Shown here piece by piece: positions 1 to 6,005 of a DNA stretch of 17,108 nt. How positions within the stretch are numbered: the first letter of the stretch is position 1; each line of letters begins with the position of its first letter. The position numbers were made by a program, and so were the translations under genes. Origin of the DNA: an uncultured bacterium (GTDB taxonomy: Bacteria > Auribacterota > Erginobacteria > Erginobacterales > Erginobacteraceae); contig CAWGIE010000043.1 of the NCBI GenBank assembly GCA_963822585.1, positions 1-17,108 of the forward strand, written 5' to 3'. The notes under the pieces were generated by a model. The model did not search any database, was not told the DNA's origin, and was given only the letters and a program-made list of their open reading frames with translations.

Positions 1-71
1 TAATCGCCGCCGCCCGCCTTATCCGGGAAGAGACCGCGCCCCCTAAAAAACAGACGATTGGATGTGATTGA
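1..71 (+). CDS. Possible 3' end of an upstream gene (…IAAARLIREETAPPKKQTIGCD*)
   Basis: Open frame from position 3 to TGA at 69-71 with GC-rich codons, followed by a weak hairpin (aagggg…cccctt, ~71-99). Too short to identify. Confidence 0.35.
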   Translation, partial: IAAARLIREETAPPKKQTIGCD

Positions 72-103
72 AGGGGATGGTTCCCCGCCGCGCCCCCTTT
101 ATT

Positions 104-310
104 AGCCGCAAAAACGTAGTCCCGAGAAGACCGAAGGTCTTTTTTCGGGAGGCGCAAAAAACGCAAAAGATTCCCTCTCCCACGGCCCTATTGTAGTCTC
201 CGGATTTTACGGATTTTTACCCCGCGGTGCCGAAGGCACTCTGCGGGGACGCTGATTGCCCCCCTCTCAGGGCTCCGTATTTGAAGTCAGGGATTAAGCG
301 GATGGATTAG
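104..310. repeat. Degenerate ~9-bp tandem repeats (cgcaaaaaa-type and cggatttta-type) interrupted by two ~30-bp hairpins with CC-GAA-GG loops
   Basis: cgcaaaa units near 107, 153, 162; ggatt units near 202, 211, 291. Hairpins: 120-150 (tcccga…aagacc GAA ggtctt…tcggga) and 220-248 (ccccgc…gtgcc GAA ggcac…gcgggg). Confidence 0.6.
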
Positions 311-377
311 ACATTATTTTTCGATCGAAATAAAAGTGCCTAATGAAGGACTCGGCCCCTTGGTTCGGTAGCCTGAT

Positions 378-406
378 TTGACGCACCCTGGCCGTGGCAC
401 TATACT
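378..406 (+). promoter_or_regulatory. Sigma70-type promoter TTGACG-N17-TATACT
   Basis: TTGACG at 378-383, 17-nt spacer, TATACT at 401-406; each hexamer is one mismatch from consensus. Confidence 0.7.
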
Positions 407-411
407 ACCCG

Positions 412-561
412 ATGCTGGTATTATTATATGTCGAACGGAGTGATCGCTACACGGTGAACAGGCTGAAAAATATATACGGTCCACCCGTCGGCAAGATGAT
501 CTTTATCTTCACCTTGTCGCCGGCCAGCTTCATAATAGTCCGGGATTACGGTAACAAATGA
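412..561 (+). CDS. Putative 49-aa leaderless small ORF (MLVLLYVERSDRYTVNRLKNIYGPPVGKMIFIFTLSPASFIIVRDYGNK)
   Basis: ATG 5 nt after the -10 box; its TGA (559-561) overlaps the ATG of the next gene (ATGA). No recognisable homology; below the ORF-track length cutoff. Confidence 0.35.
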   Translation: MLVLLYVERSDRYTVNRLKNIYGPPVGKMIFIFTLSPASFIIVRDYGNK

Positions 562-2000
562 GACAGAACGGGAAAACAAGGATCCGCTGGTTTTTCTCGC
601 GCGTGGGACTGACTTTCCTCTCCATAGTCCTCCTATTCGCGCTGCTGGAAATCGGCTTTCGGATTAAAATATTTTATGACGATCAACAGCTGATTCGGGC
701 CTCCCGGGCTCTCTCGGGAAACACCTCCTTCATTCCCCGGGAAACCAAGCAATTGCGCTATCTTATCCGGTGGAGCAGCAACCCACGGATCATTTATGAA
801 TTAATCCCGAATTTATCGATCGTCTTTAAAAACCACTATCTGACAACTAATTCCCGAGGGGTGCGGGGGCCCGCATACCCGGAAGAAAAGAATAAAAATA
901 CGGTCCGGATCATCGGCCTGGGGGATTCCTACATGTTCGGTTGGCGGGTGGGGGAGGATGAATACTATCTTTCGCTTCTGTCTGATTATCTGAACCATGA
1001 TTTCCCGAATTGTAAATTCGAAGTGATCAACTTGGCCGTGCCCGGATACAACACCGTCATGGAGACGGAAACCCTGAAGGAAAAGGGGTTGCGGTACGAT
1101 CCCGATCTGGTGATCATCCATTTCACGGGTAACGACTTCGACCTGCCCAACTTCATCCGCGCCCCGGCAGATTATTTCACCATCAGGAAATCCTATTTCC
1201 TGGAATTCCTGGAGAAACGAATCCGAAATTCCCTCCAGCGGCCGGAAGATGTTTTGATCCCGGCTCCCCGCTCCCACCGGCAACACCGCTTTGAGCATGA
1301 CCCGGCGCGCGTCCCTGAAATGTATCGGGACATGGTGGGTGAAGGAGCTTTCCGCAGGGCCATGAGAGAATTAAGCGCGCTCAGCCGGGAACACGATTTC
1401 AAACTGATTCTTTTCTCGGATACTACCCTCCCGCCCTCGATCAAAGATTTCTGCTCCCGCCTGGATATTCCGGTCGTGGAAGCGGGCCCGGCGATTCAAA
1501 ACTACATGAGAGAACATAAAATCGAGCGATACCGGCACTCTCCTTTGGTGATCACCAGGAATGACGATCATCCTTCACCGGTGGCTCATCGAATTTTTGC
1601 CGATGTCATTTATGACTATCTCAGGAACAGCGGAGTAATTACTCAGTTGATCGAGAAAAAAGGTTGCCGGGGGAAGGGAAAAATGAATAAGCATCGTGAA
1701 GACGTTGTACATCGAGCCGGGAGCCCCTGGGAGAACGGCTACACCGAGTCGTGCAACGGGAAGTTCCGGGATGAGTTCCCCAACCGGGAGATACTGGACA
1801 CGCTGCTCGAGGAAACGGTATTGACTGCCTGGTGGCGGATAGAGTACAACGAGTTGATGCCGCACACCTCGCTTGGCTATCGCCCCCAGCTCCGGCAGCC
1901 GTTTGCCTTCTACCTGCGCGGGGGGATACTAACAAAGGCAATGACCCAAACGATGGGGGCAGCTCACTTTTTAGAGTCAAGGTTTATTTTGTCAAATTAA
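558..2000 (+). CDS. SGNH/GDSL hydrolase family protein with N-terminal membrane anchor; C-terminal ~100 aa are read-through into an IS remnant
   Basis: Hydrophobic N-terminal helix; SGNH blocks GLGDSYMFG, NLAVPGYN, HFTGND, DDHP. Genuine domain ends near 1690; the frame then continues through IS3 integrase-like sequence to TAA at 1998-2000. Confidence 0.85.
   Translation: MRQNGKTRIRWFFSRVGLTFLSIVLLFALLEIGFRIKIFYDDQQLIRASRALSGNTSFIPRETKQLRYLIRWSSNPRIIYELIPNLSIVFKNHYLTTNSRGVRGPAYPEEKNKNTVRIIGLGDSYMFGWRVGEDEYYLSLLSDYLNHDFPNCKFEVINLAVPGYNTVMETETLKEKGLRYDPDLVIIHFTGNDFDLPNFIRAPADYFTIRKSYFLEFLEKRIRNSLQRPEDVLIPAPRSHRQHRFEHDPARVPEMYRDMVGEGAFRRAMRELSALSREHDFKLILFSDTTLPPSIKDFCSRLDIPVVEAGPAIQNYMREHKIERYRHSPLVITRNDDHPSPVAHRIFADVIYDYLRNSGVITQLIEKKGCRGKGKMNKHREDVVHRAGSPWENGYTESCNGKFRDEFPNREILDTLLEETVLTAWWRIEYNELMPHTSLGYRPQLRQPFAFYLRGGILTKAMTQTMGAAHFLESRFILSN
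1696..1965 (+). mobile_element. Decayed IS3-family (IS407-group-like) remnant: integrase-core C-terminus plus right terminal inverted repeat
   Basis: VKTLYIEPG / SPWENGYTESCNGKFRDE…WRIEYN…PHTSLGYRP / PAPAAV can be reconstructed with two 1-nt frameshifts (~1720, ~1885). End reads TGAGCTGCCCCC… on the - strand from 1965, resembling IS3/IS407-type TG…CA ends. Confidence 0.85.
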
Positions 2001-2028
2001 TGAGTCAAGTTTAATTTTGTCAAATTAA
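1974..2028 (+). repeat. 27-bp tandem direct repeat (25/27 identical)
   Basis: gagtcaaggtttattttgtcaaattaa (1974-2000) vs gagtcaagtttaattttgtcaaattaa (2002-2028). Confidence 0.85.
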
Positions 2029-2050
2029 CTATTACAAATGTTTTTATTTT

Positions 2051-2100
2051 TATAATATCGTTGTGATGTAATTGTTTGAAATATTTTGAGAAGATAGAGG
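2051..2100 (+). promoter_or_regulatory. Candidate -10 box (TATAAT) and RBS for ycaO-1
   Basis: TATAAT at 2051-2056 without a good -35; AGAGG at 2096-2100, 7 nt before ATG 2108. The region is AT-rich, so a chance match is possible. Confidence 0.4.
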
Positions 2101-2107
2101 TCTATTT

Positions 2108-3895
2108 ATGCATGAAATAGTAAATATTCATAAAGAAAAGCAGCCCGAAGAAACTATTAATCTCATCAGGGGTATACTCGCGGAACTGAACATACTGGTG
2201 CGTGAAACAAAATGGACTTCGTCAAGCAAACATTGCCATTCAGTCAGTTTAGCGAGTGACGAATTACAAGTAATATCTAACGGGAAAGGAATTTCCAGAA
2301 AATATGCGCTCGCCGGTGCTTATGCTGAATTTATGGAAAGATTACAAAATAATTTTCTCATAAGGAATAAATTTGGCTTGATGTATGAAAAATTATTTTT
2401 CCCCGATGAAGATACAGTTTCTTTAGAGAAACTTGGCTCGAAACATCCGTTGCTTATTTCTTATTTATTAGGAATAACCGACTCGCAAAACATCAAAAAA
2501 TATAAGACAAAGAAAGAAGTCTGCATTCCTTATTATCATGTACATAAAGACCGGGTGGAATTACTTCCCAATGGATTAATTGAGCAAGCGTGTGCCACAA
2601 ATGGTCTTTGTGCCGGAAATACAGCCGAAGAAGCTTTGTGCCAGGGTATTTGTGAAATTTTTGAGCGCTATGCGATAAAAAAAATATACACAAAATTTCA
2701 TAATGTTCCAACGATACCTCTGAATTCAATCAAAAATGCAAAATCTTTTAAACTTCTTCAAGAGACTCTTGATAGGGGATATAGGGTGATAGTGAAGGAT
2801 TGTACATTCGGGGGAAAACTGCCGGTGATAGGTTTGATTTTGCTGGATAAAAACAAGAATAGATATAAATGCACCTTTGCTTCGGATCCAATCTTTGACA
2901 TTGCTCTTTCGCGGTGTATCACAGAACTATTTCAAGGTCAGGACGGAGAAGTTTTGCAGCAACAGATCCGTCTTCCTTTTGTGACACCGGAAGATAGGCG
3001 ATATTTTGAAAACTTGAAAGACAATCATGAACTGATTCGTTCATTTTTAAACAATACCGGTCGTTTGCCTAACTATATATTTTTGGCCAACGGAAGGCCG
3101 GCTTTCCGGCAAGCCTTTCAGAAAAGTTTTCGAAATCACAAACATTCTTTGAAATTTCTTGTGAATAAAATAAAGAAATTGGGCTATAGCCTTTACGTCA
3201 GAGACAATTCTTATCTTGGTTTTCCTTCCTTTCGTGTGTATGTTCCCGGTATGAGTGAATTGTTTGAAGTAAAATGGGACAATTATCATCATTACGAAAT
3301 TACGCAAAAATGCCTTTCTCGTATTAAGAAAAATACCTCCTTTCAAATATTACGCTGTGCGCAGTCTTTAGACCGCCTTATTTCAAATAACCCTTCTCTG
3401 TACGGAAAGCTGGAAGGCGACTGTCTTTCTAAAATAACGAATATAAAAATGAGCGAAGAATCCGATATTCATGTATTCAGCGATCCTGCCCTTCTTTTAG
3501 CGTTTTTGTTTTATTATTGTAGGCATTATGCGGAAGCATTCAATTATCTAAAATTTTTTCTACACTTTAATAAAACTCTTACGGCCAATAAGACATATTA
3601 TCTTTGTGTTCTTGCTTTTATTAATCTTAGAATAAAGAAGCTGTCTTATAAAAAAATTGCCATGCATTTATCCTCTATTTTTGAAGAAAAGGTCGTCGGT
3701 GCGGTAATAAAGGATTTTAAGAACCCTTTAAATGTATTTAAGAATTATACATTGCCGGAATGCGGAGACTGCACTTTATGTCCTGCCGTCGACACCTGTC
3801 TTTTTAAATACAGGCGCAGACTTAATGCCGTATTGAAAATAAAGATTGTTAATGCTAGAATTAAGCAAGATGCTTTGGCGAATCTCTTTCAGTAA
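2108..3895 (+). CDS. ycaO: Stand-alone YcaO-family protein (YcaO-1), AT-rich, with C-terminal Cys cluster
   Basis: NGKG…AGAYAEFMERLQ, TNGLCAGNT-EEA…EIFER, KDCTFGGKLPV, SRCITE (Rx3E), YVPGMSE; C-terminal CGDCTLCPAVDTC; no terminal PxP-rich motif. Confidence 0.92.
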   Translation: MHEIVNIHKEKQPEETINLIRGILAELNILVRETKWTSSSKHCHSVSLASDELQVISNGKGISRKYALAGAYAEFMERLQNNFLIRNKFGLMYEKLFFPDEDTVSLEKLGSKHPLLISYLLGITDSQNIKKYKTKKEVCIPYYHVHKDRVELLPNGLIEQACATNGLCAGNTAEEALCQGICEIFERYAIKKIYTKFHNVPTIPLNSIKNAKSFKLLQETLDRGYRVIVKDCTFGGKLPVIGLILLDKNKNRYKCTFASDPIFDIALSRCITELFQGQDGEVLQQQIRLPFVTPEDRRYFENLKDNHELIRSFLNNTGRLPNYIFLANGRPAFRQAFQKSFRNHKHSLKFLVNKIKKLGYSLYVRDNSYLGFPSFRVYVPGMSELFEVKWDNYHHYEITQKCLSRIKKNTSFQILRCAQSLDRLISNNPSLYGKLEGDCLSKITNIKMSEESDIHVFSDPALLLAFLFYYCRHYAEAFNYLKFFLHFNKTLTANKTYYLCVLAFINLRIKKLSYKKIAMHLSSIFEEKVVGAVIKDFKNPLNVFKNYTLPECGDCTLCPAVDTCLFKYRRRLNAVLKIKIVNARIKQDALANLFQ

Positions 3896-3934
3896 GCCTC
3901 CGATAGTACGTCGATTCGCTCCAAATCCGTAACT

Positions 3935-3960
3935 CTTAAAATTCTCAATTGAATTTTAAG
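3935..3960. repeat. Perfect 10-6-10 inverted repeat
   Basis: cttaaaattc (3935-3944) tcaatt gaattttaag (3951-3960). Confidence 0.75.
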
Positions 3961-4154
3961 CCGATAGAAGGGTCGCGGTCGGATATGCTTGGCGACAGCT
4001 GAAGTCCTCCGTCGTTGGTCCGGGCGAATGAGCCGACAGGGATTTTTCAACGTCGGCCATTCACTCTTGGCCGCGATTAAATTAGACAGCGCGCTGCCGC
4101 CGGTGGGGGCGATGCTCCGATTTTGGAAACGACCGGGACAGGCGTATATAATCC

Positions 4155-5584
4155 TTGAAGCCGCCGTATCATATTTTCAGACGCAACGGGCAAGCCTATC
4201 TTCTCGACGTGAAACGGCTGATCGCCGGGAAGGTGAGCGAAACCGCCGCCCGCGCGCTGGAGAAGCCGCCGGCTCGTGGGCCAACCCGCCTCCCCCCGTC
4301 CGTCCGGGCCGAACTCGAGAGCCTGGAGCCGTCGGGAAGCGTGCCGGAGAAGCTCCCTACGCCCGGAAACATCAAGCTGTCGACAGACGTCCCGATATCG
4401 TCGATGGTGCTCCTGGTGACGGAACGCTGCAATCTCGAATGCCGGTACTGTTTCGGCAGACCGGGAACGGCGGACATGGACGAGAAGACCGCGCGCGAGG
4501 CGGTCGATTGGCTGATCGGAAAATCGCGGAAGGCAAGTCATCTTTCGATCTGTTTCTTCGGCGGGGAGCCGCTTCTCAATTTCCCCCTCATCGAGCGGAC
4601 GGTCGAGTACGCCCGCAAGCGAGGGGAGGAAACCGGCAAGGAGTTCTCCTTCTCGATCACGACCAACGCGCTCCTCCTCGACCGGGCCCGGATCGCCTTT
4701 TTCCGGAAGCACGACTTCGTCGTCCTGGTCAGCTTCGACGGGCCGCCGGAAATCCAGGATCGAAACCGGCCCCGGCGGGGGGGCGGCGGTTCATTCCGGA
4801 TGACCGTCCCGAAGATCAAGCGGTTGCTGGAAGCAATGGAAAGGGATCGGATCTCCTGCCGGGCGACCTTCTGCGGGCAGACCGAAGCGACCGCCGTCTA
4901 CCGGGCGTTGCGGGAATTGGGATTTCCCACCGTTGATGTCAGACCCGTCTCCCCCCCCTCGCGGCCGCCGGCGGGAAGAACCGGCAACTGAGGAAGAGCG
5001 ACGCCTACCGCCGCCGGTTCGCCGCGCATTTCGAGGAGGAGGCCGAGCGTTTCCTCCGGGCGGTGAAAACCAGGGACCGGGACGCACTTACCCCCATGCA
5101 GTTTTTCGGCAAACTGGTCCGCAGGCTGATCGCGCGCAAGAAGATCTTCTTCCCCTGCTCCGCCGGCCGGGAGGCGGTCGGTATTTCCATCGACGGGAGC
5201 TGCTACCCCTGTCACCGCTTTTTCGGCCTGGGCGAATACCGGATCGGCGGAATCGATTCCCCCGGTCCGGCGAGGGACGAGTACCTCACGGCCCCGATGT
5301 TGAGCCGGGAGCCGTGCTCCGACTGCTGGGCATCCACAATCTGCGCCGGCGGGTGCTACTACGACAACCTGGCCCTGACCGGAGACCGGTTCACGCCGGA
5401 CCCGACCTTCTGCGAGGACAACCGGCGGCTGATCGAGACGGCGATCGAACTGTACTGCGATCTCGATGAGAACGATCGGAACTGGCTCATGGAGGAGACG
5501 GCGCGTCTCCAGCGCCGGTCTCCGGATGCGGACGGATCGTTCTTCGCCCTCTTCCAGCAGACGCTGGGAGGACTCGTGAAGTGA
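4155..5584 (+). CDS. Radical SAM/SPASM peptide maturase (CteB/PapB ranthipeptide-synthase-like), interrupted by a 1-nt frameshift at C8 (4951-4958)
   Basis: ORF 4155-4991: RRE-like N-terminus, CNLECRYC, FFGGEPLLN, ITTNALLL, VSFDGP. Second frame open from 4937 to 5584 carries SPASM: CSAG…YPCHRF…CSDCWASTICAGGC…FC. One extra C fuses them into a 476-aa protein. TTG start is uncertain. Confidence 0.9.
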
Positions 5585-5617
5585 TCCGGCCTCTCCTCGG
5601 GAAGCAGAGGGAATAGT

Positions 5618-5668
5618 CAAAAAGGAAGAGGGGCTCCCCGCCCCTTTGGATCGGGCCGGGAGCCCCTC
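5618..5668 (-). terminator. Rho-independent terminator downstream of the precursor, between convergent genes
   Basis: 11-bp stem gaggggctccc (5628-5638) / gggagcccctc (5658-5668) with further inner pairing; followed on the - strand by ttccttttt. Confidence 0.75.
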
Positions 5669-5685
5669 CCCCCTACGTTGATCGA

Positions 5686-5940
5686 TCAGTGACCGACCAG
5701 GTAGTCCCCCCCGTTACCGCACTGCTCGATCCAGCTGCAGTGGCCGCCGCTGACGGCCTCGAGCTGCTCGTCGGACAACTTGTCTTTGTGCCTCTCCAGC
5801 AGCTGGCGGTAGGCTTCCTCCGAGGTGTCGTGCCCCTCGGTCTTGGCGGCGGCCACCAGTCCGGGCAGCACTTCTTTGTAGACCTCCTTGCGGAAATCGG
5901 CATCCTGCTTCATCTTTTCCAGAAACGGCTTCAATGGCAT
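5686..5940 (-). CDS. Nif11-like leader RiPP precursor, 84 aa; 66-aa leader ending LSDEQLEAVSGG, 18-aa core HCSWIEQCGNGGDYLVGH
   Basis: Nif11-type leader pattern (FLEKMKQDADFR…VAAAKTEG…) and canonical double-Gly site; strong RBS AAAGGAGG 7 nt upstream of ATG; flanked by rSAM and YcaO genes. Confidence 0.93.
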   Translation of the reverse strand: MPLKPFLEKMKQDADFRKEVYKEVLPGLVAAAKTEGHDTSEEAYRQLLERHKDKLSDEQLEAVSGGHCSWIEQCGNGGDYLVGH

Positions 5941-5971
5941 GTCGGCGCCTCCTTTACTTTTGGGTTAGCAC

Positions 5972-5999
5972 ATGTTACCACGAATAGGCTCCGCTTCAA
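5972..5999 (-). promoter_or_regulatory. Candidate dedicated precursor promoter TTGAAG-N16-TAACAT with extended -10 TG
   Basis: - strand: TTGAAG (5999-5994), 16-nt spacer ending TGG, TAACAT (5977-5972), inside the 65-bp ycaO-2/precursor gap. Confidence 0.45.
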
Positions 6000-6005
6000 C
6001 CAAAA

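Noticed and set aside
558..1690. SGNH hydrolase as a member of the RiPP cluster
   Set aside because: Has its own promoter, is membrane-anchored, and is separated from the cluster by an IS scar and a compositional break; no evidence of functional linkage.
3956..4060. 34-aa minus-strand ORF MADVEKSLSAHSPGPTTEDFSCRQAYPTATLLSA as a second precursor
   Set aside because: No Nif11 or double-Gly leader, weak RBS, opposite strand to both neighbours; cannot be supported without homology.
3989..4936. 315-aa + strand ORF (and 4933-5469 ORF) overlapping the rSAM gene
   Set aside because: Arg/Gly/Pro-rich alternative-frame translations of GC-rich coding DNA with no motifs.
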